DNA of 63,383 bases, counting the filler, from Chrysochromulina tobinii (lineage: Eukaryota), in assembly GCA_001275005.1 (NCBI GenBank). It is 8 parts of 8 records of this genome, joined end to end, with 100 filler letters (N's around TTAATTAATTAA, not from the genome) between each part and the next. Parts side by side here need not be neighbours in the genome. Positions count along the whole stretch, not along the records: positions 40,499 to 51,664 come from JWZX01000302.1; positions 51,765 to 54,216 come from JWZX01000303.1; 6 more parts are not named here. One strand, 5' to 3'. The notes beneath the pieces are model-generated. The model searched no databases and was not told the DNA's origin. It saw only the letters and a program-made list of their open reading frames with translations. Of the stretch, positions 40,499-51,802 are shown piece by piece; position 1 is the first letter of the stretch, and every line of letters starts with the position of its first letter. The position numbers were made by a program, and so were the translations under genes.

Positions 40499-43400
40499 GG
40501 GCGCCGGCGGCGCGGCGGACGGCGACTCACCGGTCGGATCCGCAAACGTGGACAGGAGCGCGTTCGTCGCGGAGTCGACGTGACCATCTGCCTCCGCGAG
40601 GGCCTTGGCCGCTCTCTCCTTGGAGAACCCCATGTCGACGAGCTGCTGGACCTTGGGCGGCAGAGCCGTTCGGGGGGAGCCGGCGAGGCGGAAGGAGCCG
40701 TTACGTGTCAAGGTGCCGCTGCGCGTCGACAGGCGCACCGGCGCTGCCGCGGGCGCGCCAGGCGCCGTCCCGGGCGCCATGGGTGCAAGCGCGCCGGCCG
40801 TCCTATCCTCGTCCTCGTCGGCACTCCCGATGAGGGCCGCGACCGCTTTGCTCAGATCATTGGCGTGAGCCTCGAGGGCGGCGCATGCCTGGTCGCGACT
40901 GAAGCCCATGTCCATCAGCCGCTTCCGTTCGGGCGGGTCGGCGTCATGCTGGGCGCCCAGCGCGCCATGCTGGGCGCCCAGCGCGCCCTCGGCGGCATGC
41001 ATCGGTGCCTGCATCGGCGCATGCATCTCGGGCGTGGGCGCGCGCATGGGCGCGGCCTGGTGCGCCGTGAGGAGCGCCGCCTCCTCGTCCTTTTGAATAC
41101 GCAGCTGATCGCGCTCGCTCTGGCGCAGCGCCGCGTGCTCATTCGCGCGCTCAAACTGCTCGTCCAGAGTGGCGTGCTCACGTGAGAGCTTGGCCACCGC
41201 GTCCGAGGCGAGGGCGCGCAGCGAGGCGTACGTGTCGGCGGCGAGGCGCAGCCGCTTGAGGTACTCCTGCTTCTCCATGCACTCTGTGTCGCTGATGCGC
41301 GCCTGTGTGAACTCGGCGTTCGTCGCGACGAGCGTGCTCAGGACACGCTCGTACTCACTCACCAAGGCTGCGGCCTCGGCCTGCACGGGCGCGAACTTGC
41401 CCAGGTGTGCACGCACCACGTCCATTGGAGGTGTGTCACCACAGTAGATGAGCGCGTTGATGAGGGACTGCCCAGGCACAGGGGCGGGGCGAGCAGGGCG
41501 AGATGCTGGGAGATGGGGCGGAGGTCAGGGGAGATCAGGGGAGATCATAGGAGATCAGGGGAGATCAGGGCCGCGAGAGGGGCAGTCTCAGTTTGGGGCG
41601 TGGATCCACTTTGGGGGGCAGTCTCAGGGGGGGGAAGGGGGGGAAGGGGGAGAAGGGGTGGGAAGGGTGCATGCCCATGCCGTGCAAGCCTGCATGAAGG
41701 CAAGCACCTGATCGTGGGCGGCACGCTGCACGAAGAGGTCGATGGGCGCGGGGGCGAGCGATCGGATGAGGTCGGAGGCTTGCTGATGGAAGGTCGCTTC
41801 CTCGTCGTTGATCTTGAGGATGATATCTCCGACGTTCACACCTGCCTTTGCCGCTGGTCCGTCGGGCTCGCACGAGGCGACACGCACGCCTTGCTCTTCC
41901 TTGGGGGTGTCGACGAGGATCATGCCTACGAGCCCGTCCGCATTACGCTCGATACGAATCGATCTCGTCAATCCGATCATTGACGAAGCGCGCAGAGTGA
42001 GCGCGTCGCGCGTCGTCTTGAGCGTCTCGAGCTGGTCGAGCTGCTCGCGCAGCGTGCGAAAGACGGGCAGCTTGGCCACAGGAGAGCCCCCCGCGTGAGG
42101 CAGCTGATCGATCAGGTCGGCCATGCTGAGCTCGAGCATGCTCAGCTCGCCTGATGAGGGAGGCAATCCATCTAATTAGGGAGGCAATCAAAGGCCATGC
42201 TGAGCTCGAGGGTGCTCAGCTCGCCTGATGAGGGAGGCAATCGAGATGCACTCAGAGATGCACGCAGCCAAGCTGGACGCCTGCCCACACGAGAGCACTC
42301 ACTCGACTCACCAGTGGCCGCCTCGGCGAATCCACTCGCCAGGTCCGCGTACAACCTCGCTGCGCAGGCGACCTTGTCCTCGGACGCGCTCAGCACGGCG
42401 CGAATGGCCGTGATGGTCGCCGCGCCGTCCGATGCGAGCAGTTCCCATTCGGGTCCAAACTCGCGCCGCATTTGGACTTCGCGCTCGTCCTCGAGCGCGA
42501 GAAGCTCGCCCACCTGATGAGGGAAGCAATCAATCGCGTCATCAGAGGTCATCCGAGGTCATCCGAGGTCATCAGAGGTCATCAGAAGTCATCAGAAGTC
42601 ATCCGAGGTCATCCGAGGTCATCAGAGGTCATCAGAGGTCATCAGAGGTCATCTCGAGAGTGTCGCCCACTGATGAGGCAGGCAATCGGGCACACTCACC
42701 AGTCTGATGAGGGAGGCAATCGGGCACACTCAGCGGCAATCATCGCTCGTCAGCAGCTCGCTCACCTCGGCCGCGCGCGTGGCGCACTGCTTGATGAGGA
42801 GCGACGCCTTGGCCACCTGATCATGGAGGCGATCAATGGCGTCATCAGAGGCAATCAGTTCTCATCGGCCACCTCCGTTCGCAATCAATGGCGTCATCAG
42901 AGGCCATCAGTGGCGTCACCAGAGGCCATCAGTGGCGTCATCAGAGGCCATTTTCTCATCAGCCACCTCCGTTCGCAGCGCAGGCACGCCGCCGTTGGCA
43001 TGCGCCGCCCCAATTGAATCGCGAAGCTCCCTTGGCAACCCCTCGCCTGTGGGGAGAGGAGGGGGGGGGCGCCGTGGTGAGCACTTGCATGCACGCCAAT
43101 TGAGTCGCGAAGCTCCCTTGTTGACCCCTCGCCTGTGGGGAAGGCGGGGCGCCGTGGTGAGCCCTCGCCTGTGTCGGCCTCCACGGCTTGCAACGCCCAC
43201 GGCAGGTCGTTGTCTCGCAGCACGCCCTCGCCGTGCGCGACCGCCTGTGCGAGCTGCTCCTGCAGCGCGCTCACGAGGGCGCGCTCGAGCTCATCGTACT
43301 CGACGAGCAGCGCGCGCGTCGCCTGGGGCACGATGAAAACGAACGGATCCTCCGTCGCTAGCAGCGGCGCGGTGAGCGCCGTCGTGGGCGTCGGCTTGGA

Positions 43401-44604
43401 CACTACGAGCGGCTGGATATGCTCGAGCGTCGACGCGGCCGGCACGACCTCCAGATACAGCACGTCGTTATCCTTACACGCCTGCGCGTACGCCGACGCG
43501 ACCTTCGCGAACGAGTCGCGGTAGTTGGCGCGAATAGTCTCGGTGGCGCCCCGAGAGCGCTCATCACGGCGCTCGGACTCGTCCACTACGCCCTGGAGCA
43601 GGCCGTGCGCGAGGGCGAGCCGGCACACCTGCTTGCCGTACCGGAACTCGTCCGCGTCGATCGCCGCCGCATGCAGCTGCGAGAGCGCCGCATAGGTCCG
43701 ACGGTTCCAGCCCACCACCTGCGCCCACACGGGCGGCGTCACCTCCCGTAGAGGCGTCGTGTTGAGCGCATGCGCGACCTCAGCGTAGGCGACGGCGAGC
43801 TGCGCGGCGATGCGCGAGAGCAGCTTGGGCGACATGCCGTCCAGGCTCGCACGCTCGTAGAAGCAAAGCTGTGCCTGCGCGAGCATGAGCCTCTTGAGCA
43901 TCGAGAGTGACTGCGGGCTCAGGTCGATCGTCGTGCGAGCGGCCCAAGGGCAGCCCCTGATGTAGTCGCTCAGGTGCTCGAGCAGCCCCGCCGCCTGCTG
44001 GTACAGGTTGCACGCCACTCGGAGCCCCTCGGCGACCAGCTGGTGGCTCCGCACCGCGTAGAGCGACACCTCGGCCGCATAGTTGAAGAGCGCGACTGCC
44101 GCCTCGAACTTGATGTCGGACTCGCCCTGCTTGACGACGTGGCTGTACGCGTCGCGCCAGACGAAGTGCATGCGCAGCTCATCAGCGTCGAACCGCAACT
44201 CCATCGCGCACAGCAGCCGAAAGTACTCGGCGAGCGCTCGCATCTTGGCCTCGCTGCCGACCGTGGTCGTGGTCGTGGTGGTGGTGGCGCGGCGGTCGGA
44301 GCTCGTCTCCTCGCCGAGCGTGGTGGCGCGCATCGTGGCCACCTGCGCAAATTGCTCGCGGTGCTGCTCCGCCTCCTCGGCCGAGTACTTGCGCTTGATG
44401 TACTTGTACAACGATGCCTCCCAGTCCAACCGTTTCGTTAGGGTGAGCGTGTCCTGTGCAAAGCCTCCCCGATCGGGACTCTGCGGCAGCGGGTGGCGGT
44501 GATGCACGGTGGCCCGTGGGCGGACGACGAGCACAAGGGGCTGGGAGAGGCGGTGGGCTTGGTCGCGGCGGCGTGCGGCGCACCTTGGCGGGGATGGCAA
44601 GCAT
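40499..44604 (-). CDS. BRO1/ALIX-like ESCRT accessory protein with an inserted PDZ domain and two UBA domains; introns 44454-44583, 43047-43168 (GC), 42817-42966, 42514-42765, 42151-42311, 41468-~41707; 3' truncated
   Basis: BRO1 motifs FVWRDAY, FEAAVALFNYAA, YQQAAG, LMLAQAQLCF, KDNDVLY; V-domain LPWAL and REFGPEW; PDZ GLVGMIL...DGPAAKAGVNVGDIILKIND; two MGFS UBA motifs. Splices restore the frame. Confidence 0.87.
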
Positions 44605-45068
44605 TCCAAGTTCGTGTTCACAAACCGTTCACACTCGGATTTTCCATGCCAAGGGTCCACCGGGTACGGTACCCCAGCGGAAATTCTCGAAGCACGCATG
44701 TGAGGTATCACGCCGCCCCTGTAAGCTTCGACTTGACGAGACTTGACTCTCAACACAACAGGGCAGCAGCAGCACAACCCAGGGAAGAAGCCGCAGCTTC
44801 GACCATCTCCACCCACGTGCGCTTCACTACCACTTGACTGCCCAGTCCTGAGACCCCGAGCTGGGCTGCCTCTCTCAAGGGCATGTGACTCTTCGTTCGC
44901 GAAGAGCTTCGGAGCCACATGCCGCACTCATCCTTGCGGCACGCTGTTGGCTGTTGCATGTCTGCGCCTTTCGGAACTTGCAGCCGCGCTGTGCTGTGAT
45001 CCCATATCTCCACGCTGCCAAATGCACGCATGCAGCCTAAGCATCTCTTCTTCTCTCTTGTTCGCAGG

Positions 45069-46569
45069 ATGATCGCGACGCTCATCAAATGTGTAACGGA
45101 GAAGACCAGCGCCCACAGCGGCGCATCAATCGATTGGGTCGCCTTTTCCCAAGACGGGACCAAGCTTGTCTCGGGATCGGATGACACTAGAGGGAAATAC
45201 AGTAGGTGTCCCGGGATCAAAGTCTGGGATTCGGGTGCGCTGTCCCCTCAAATCGCGCCTCCTTGGCCAAAACTGACCCCTGCTGGCTTGTCTGGCAGAT
45301 GCGCTGGGGCTGTTGAGCGAGAAGACGAACGTCCACAGCGTTATCCACAGCGCGGACCTCAGCTCGGTCGCGTTCTCCCCGGACGGGACCAAGATTGTGT
45401 CGGGATCGGCTGACAGGACGATCAGAATCTGGGACTTGGGTGCGCCGCGAGCCCTCAAAATCGCCCCTCCTTGGCCAAAACTGACGACTGTTGGCTTGCC
45501 TGGCAGATGCCCTGGGGCTGTTGAGCGAGAAGACGAACGCGCACGGCTACTCCATCAGGTCGGTGGTATTTTCCCCGGACGGGACCAAGATTGTGTCAGG
45601 ATCGTCCGATGGGACGATCAGGGTCTGGGATTCCGGTGCGCCGGAGCCCTCAAAATCGACCCTCCTTGGCCAAAACTGACCCCTGCTGGCTTCTCTGGCA
45701 GATGCGCTGGGGCTGTTGAGCGAGAAGACGGACGCGCACAGCGCCCGGGTCATGTCAGTGGCATTTTCCCCGGACGGGACCAAGATCGTGTCTGGATCGG
45801 CTGACAAGACGATCAAAGTCTGGGATTCAGGTGTGCGCCGGAGCCCTCAAAATCGCCCCTCCTTGGCCAAAACTGACGACTGTTGGCTTGTCTGGCAGCT
45901 TTGGAGCTGATCAGCGAGAAGATGAATGCCCATAGCACTTATATCTTCTCAGTGGCGTTTTCCCCGGACGGGACCAAGATTGTCTCTGGATCGGGCGACA
46001 GGACGATCAAAGTATGGGATTCGGGTGCGCCGGAGCCCCCAAAATCGCCCCTCCTTGGCCAAAACTGACGCCTGTGCTGGCTTGTCCGGCAGATGCGCCG
46101 GGACTGTTGAGCGAGAAGCCGAACGCGCACAGTCTCTACATCCACTCGGTGGCGTTTTCCCCGGATGGCACCAAGATCGTGTCCGGATCGGCCGACAAGA
46201 CGATCAAAGTTTGGAATTTGGGTGCGCCGAGCCCTCAAAATCGCCCCTCCTTGGCCAACACTGATGCCTGCTGGCTTGTCCGGCACAGATGCGCTGGAGC
46301 TGGTGCTGATGAGCAAGAAGTCGAAAGCCCATAAGAGCACCGTTAATTCGGTGGCGTTTTCGCCCGATGGGACCAAGATCGTGTCGGGATCGAACGACGG
46401 GACGATCAAAGTCTGGGAAATGGTCGAGTGGTCTCGCAAAGATCATTTGATGTTCAACATCGCCACCCAGCGATTTGTCTTGCGGCTGCTGTGGCTGAAC
46501 AAGTACAGCATGAAGTTTCCTGATGATGTGCTTGATCTGCTCGTTCGAGCTTGCTTGCAAAGCAGGTGA
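45069..46569 (+). CDS. Seven-bladed WD40 protein, one repeat per exon (45069-45234, 45299-45439, 45507-45635, 45702-45830, 45899-46024, 46093-46221, 46289-46569), with a C-terminal F-box-like tail
   Basis: Repeats of H....[22 protein letters not shown]. Six phase-1 GT-AG introns of 64-68 nt restore a single frame. Confidence 0.9.
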
Positions 46570-47206
46570 GGCGGGGTATAGCTGGAGCCCGCGACGCTCG
46601 TGCAGCACGGCGCCGCCGTGATAGGCGTCGTTGTGGGCACGTCCAAGCCCGCAAATGACTCGCCCCTCAACCCACACGCGAAGCCTTTCCAACCGACTAC
46701 GGGAGGCGCGCCGTTGTCGGCCAAGGCGGCCACTGGCAGCGGCGGAGGCGGTCGCAGTGGCGGCGCCGGCGGAGGCTGAGGCGCTGCCGCCGGCGCAGAG
46801 CGGAAGCGCGACCTCAAAGCTCAATGCGAGGCTCGAGCACTAGAAGTCTAGGGCGTGCACCCCGGTGGCGGTGGCGGTGGTGGCGGTGGCGCCAGACCGT
46901 GGTGGAGACGCTCGGATCCTTCGGGACGACGGTGACGGGAAGTTTGGTCAAAAGCGCCTCCGACATGACACCGATGTGCGAACTGCGATGAACCCGTGTG
47001 CTGTGTGAATGTCATTGTCAATGGGAACGTCGTGTCGATTGGTTTCTCCTATTTAACACAGAAAGACCCTACACAGATGTTCACAGCCATCGCACGACAT
47101 TCGCCAAGTTCTACTCCCCTTGCTCACCTCACCATGCCCCCTCAGTCTGCGGTTCTTGCCCACACTTCTCACTTGCGTGCGCCCTGGCTATGGCGCCCAT
47201 CGCGCC

Positions 47207-50200
47207 TTAGGCTGCTGCTGCGGCCTGGACCTCCCGTTGACGCCGCTCGCGATTACGGATCGTACGCTGCAGCCAGCGCACCGCAAACTTGCGAGCCTGC
47301 TGTTCTGCGTGCTGTGCGCGGATAGAGCGACCCGCCATGCGAGCATGCAATTTGCTCAGCGTCTCCTGCCGTGTGCGCTCCTGCTGTCGCAGGCGCGCGG
47401 CCGCCTCGGCTGCCTCCTTCGCGGCCGCCTCGGCAATCGCCTGCTGCTCGTTGCGCCGCCTTGCAGCAGCGTCCCTTGCGGCCGTTGCGGCCGCCGCGCG
47501 CTGCGCCGGCGTCTCACCCTGTCTGACCGCCGTCGTCGCCACATCAGTCGGCTCGTCAGTCGCCACGTCAATTGCAAAAGAAAGTGCCATGTCAGTCGGC
47601 TCGTCCGCCGCGCACTGCACCGGGACATCGCTCTGCACGTCTGCCGCGGCCGCCACGTGCTTCGCACCCGAGTCATCCACCCCCGCCATATCCGACGCAC
47701 CATCCACATCTTCAACGTCTGCGCCGAGCTCGGTCGCGTGCGCTTCAAGGTCGATCACGTCAACCCTTGAAGCGGAGTGTGCAATTTTGTCGACCCTGTC
47801 CGCGCGGCCATCGTTGCGGCCATCCCCGCGGCTCGAACGCCCGCGCGCCCGCGATTGCAGACGCGTCGCCGCTGCCTCCTTCTCGTCCATCCCCGCGCCA
47901 CCCTCATCCGCCTGATTGCCACCCTCATCCGCCTGATTAGGGGCGTCATCCGCCTGATTTGGGGCGGCGGTCCTCGCATCTCTGCTACTGGCAAGCCGCT
48001 GCGCGTCGGCAAGCCGCTGCGCGTCGGCAAAGTGTTGCGCGTCGGCAAAGTGCTGCACGTTGGCAAGGCAGCCGCGCGCAAACGGATCAAGTATCGGGTC
48101 GTTGAGCTCGATGATCGCCTGCAGCCGCTCGAGCCCGCCACAGCGCTTTAGCTGCTCGACACACGTGATCTCGGTGCACAGGTTCTGAAGGGCACCTAGG
48201 GCGTACACCAGGGTCAGCCGGTCCTGGTCATCAGCGAAGAGGTGCGGCAACACGAGGCCGAAGGCGCCCGCCGCCCTGAGTAGCGCCTTCGTCTCCTCGG
48301 CGTGCGGGTCGACAGCCTCGCATGCAAGGTCGGCCACGAGCATGAGGGCCATCCGATGCACCTGATGAAGGAGGCAATCGTGAGTCATCAGTGATCATCA
48401 GAGGTCATCAGCCACGAGCATGAGGGCCATCCGATGCACCTCGGCTGAGGGGTTTCCAAGCAGCCCGACGATGAGCTCGACGCCGCCCGTGGCGCGCAGG
48501 CCCTCGCACAGCGCGATCGCATCGTCGCCGTAGCTGCCGTTGGCAAGCAGAGCGAGCTGGTGCAGCGCCTTGCCCTTGTCCGCCTCGCTGCTGCTGCTCA
48601 GCCGAAGAACTCCGACGAGACCCATCAGCTCCCGCGCGGGCGTCTGCACGGGGGGTAGCTCTGGTCGAGCTTCGACCGCTTCCGGAAGACGAGCGGTGCT
48701 TTCCACGGCCGTGTGCGCCGCAGCTGCTTGCATGATCGCCCATCCTCGCTTCCATTCATCCAGGTCAATGTCGCCGTTGTCGTCGATGTCGAGTTCGGCG
48801 TCGAGGCTGCTAAGCACCTCCTCCTTCACGTCGCCGCGCTGGCGCAGGTATTCCTTCATCGATTCGATCGGGATGCGGGCCGATCCCTCGGCCACGACCT
48901 TGAACAGACTCTCAGCGACCAGAAGATCCATTTCCGAGGCGGGTGGAACAGGCTCTGTTTCGCCCTTGGGCTTGGCAGACGGTGCTACGGCCACCGGCGC
49001 GGCGCCGGCGGCGGATCCCTTAGGCAGCTGCCGCGCGGGGGGGCGAAGGGCCGCTGCGGCGGAGGCGGGTGTGGCCACCGCCTGCGCGGTGCTGATTGGC
49101 AGCACGAGCGGGAGGATGCGTGGCGAGCGGGAGTGAATCTCGGAGTGTATCTCGGAGGCAAGCGGGAGGATGCGTGACGAGCGGGAGTGTATCTCGGAGG
49201 CAAGCGGGAGGATGCGTGGCGAGCGGTACACTCCCTCGGAGCCGCCGTGCACGTGGCCGAGGGGTAGGTCGAGGGGCGTGCCGTCGGAGGCGATCGGCAC
49301 GATCTGAAAGGGAGCGTACTTTCTCGTGATCGACGGCGGAGCTGTCCATGCGCCGTCGTGAGCGCCGTCGTCGCCGTCCACTACGTCCACGCTCTTCGTC
49401 CGATTGCGACATCGCTTGGACACAAAGAACCACGAGAGGAAAGCGACAGCGAGGAGGACGATCAGGCCCAGGATCGCCGCCACGCTCGCCGGCAGCTCCT
49501 CGGGAGCTACGTCGATCTGACCGTACTCGGCCGTTAAAAGGGGCATGCCCAATACGGCGCTCTCGCCCCCAGGGAATAGCCACGCGGAGGCCGCGCTCGC
49601 ACTCGCGACGGCCGGGGCGAGGGCCCCATACACAAGCGCCGCCGCCGGCACCGAGGAGACCGTGATCGTCGCGTCGATGACCATCGAGGCAGCGCCGAAC
49701 CTCAGCTGGACGGCATCGCTTGGCACGGAAGCGGTGGTGGCGATGGTGCTTTGCATGTCGCTCCGCCGCAGCTCATCGAACGCGCTCAGCTCGGCGTCGC
49801 ACACGACGCGCAGCCGGATGAGTACGGAGCGTAACGTCTCCCAGCTTCTCAAGGGCGGCAGCGTGGCCACCGTTGTCGTCGGGCGGCTGGCCTCGCCCGC
49901 CGCGCGGCAATACATCGGCTCATGGATCGTCACAGGCGGCTCTGCGCGTGTCGCAACGGCAGCCGCGCACCGCGCCGCATCGCCCTCCCAGCCAGCGCAC
50001 CCAAAGTTGACAGCAGCACGGTCGAGGCAACCATACACACGCGCGTAGCAGCTGCCGTCATTCACGGTCGCGTGCGCGTCGAAGTTGATCGCCGACGGCG
50101 TCGTGCATCCGTACCGCTCCCACCGGCACATCGAGGGCACATGCACCGTCGCCGCCGCGTTGTACGTGGCGGAGCCCCCAAAGTCGACCCTACGGCCGAC

Positions 50201-51664
50201 GCTGCTGCGTGCCGCCCCTGCCCCGGAACCAGGCATCATGCAGCCGCGCACGCTCGGCACGCACCACGTGCGTGTGTTGAGCGTCGCGTCAGGGTCGTAG
50301 TTGGCGGCGCTCGAGTCGGTACATCCCTCGATGCGGAGGACGCAGCCGGAGAGCACGGTGGCAAAGTCGAGGTAGTTGAGCGCCGGAGACTCCAAACCCA
50401 ACTCCCCCGGCCGTCCCATGGGAACCGCCGACGACGCGTTGGTCATCAGAGGGCTGAACACAGCCCTCTGGCTGGCGCTGGGTTTGAGGGTGCACCCAGC
50501 GATGGCCTCGACGCAAGAGCCGTCGTCGTGCGTAGCGCGCGAGTTGAAGTTGACTGCTGTGGCGCTCGTACAGCCCGGCGTCGCGTACCGGCAAAAGGAG
50601 GACTGTCGCGCGTCGGGCTGGTAGTTGAGTGCCCCTGGGAAGAGGCAGCCGGGGAAGAACGGAGCGGGCACCGCGCACAACTGGGGCACGTGCACGTCGG
50701 CACTCGGCTCGTACTGCGCATCGGTGGGCACGAGGCAGCCGGCGAAGGGCAGGCGAATCGTGTGGACCACCGTGCCCGTCGCGCCGCCGTGTAGGACGGG
50801 GCTGCCACGGGGGCACCTTCGCGGCGCATTCGCGGTGTTGATCGGGGCGCCCGTCGCGCTGCGCGGGTAGGTCGCGATGGTGGTGCCGCACTCAACCTGA
50901 CCCTCCGCCGACTCGTAACAGATTCCTCGCCCTCCGTGGCAGAGGGAGCCGATGTACTCTGCGGCGCTGCGGTTCGAATGGATGGCGCACCGGCCGAACG
51001 CGAGGCAGCGCGAGAAGCCGTAGTGGAGCGAGAGGCTCGCGGCGCGCGGCTCGAGAGTCATGCCCCCGCTCTGATATGAGGCGACCATTGTGACGTTACG
51101 ACTCACCCAATGAGAGCCATGCCCCCGCTCGGAGACGGCGTACGTGCCGAGGGAATAGTACGAATCGACCCGCACACGACGTGCGTTGCGCGCCTCGGTG
51201 CTCACGCCGAGGTATTCCTCATCGAGCGCGCCCACGTAGCCTGCCGCACCGCGCGCATCCGTGCCCACGATGGTGTCGGAGATGGGCGCGTTGGCCATGC
51301 CAGGGCGCGACGCATAGATCCAGTGGCGAGCGCCAAGGACCTCGTCGGTCATGGCAGGGTGCACGTACCTGTGGGGAAGGGCGAGGCGCCGTGATGAGCA
51401 CTTGCATGCTAGGTCACGGCAGGGTGCAAGTATGTTGGCATCGACGAGATTGACGAGATGGCATCGACGAAACTCATGGGAGGGTGCACGTACGTTGGCA
51501 TCGACGAGCGAACGTCGGTGGCGTACAGACACATGCGTCGGCAGTCTTGCGCGGGCGGCGGCGGCGTGGGCGGCGGGAAGGGCGGCGGCGAGGGCGGCGG
51601 CGAGGGGGGCGGCGGCAAGGGCGGCGGCCGCCTGGGGGGCGGCGGCTTGGGCGGCGGCCGGGGA
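47207..51664 (-). CDS. Large single-pass membrane protein: Pro-rich linker, Cys-rich GC..A.N(Y/F)...A..DDGSC repeats, TM, EF-hand, ARM-like repeats, IQ motif; introns 51369-51493 and 48362-48439; 5' truncated
   Basis: GCTSATAVNFNSRATHDDGSC-type repeats; TM VAAILGLIVLLAVAFLSWFFV; DIDDNGDIDLDE; ARM-like GGVELIVGLL and YALGALQNL; AATRLQSRARG. Confidence 0.75.
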
Positions 51665-51764
51665 NNNNNNNNNNNNNNNNNNNNNNNNNNNNNNNNNNNN
51701 NNNNNNNNTTAATTAATTAANNNNNNNNNNNNNNNNNNNNNNNNNNNNNNNNNNNNNNNNNNNN
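51665..51764. other. Artificial contig spacer
   Basis: N44-TTAATTAATTAA-N44. Confidence 0.99.
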
Positions 51765-51802
51765 AACTAAACCCCTCTCCGTTCCCACTACACATTCACA
51801 CA

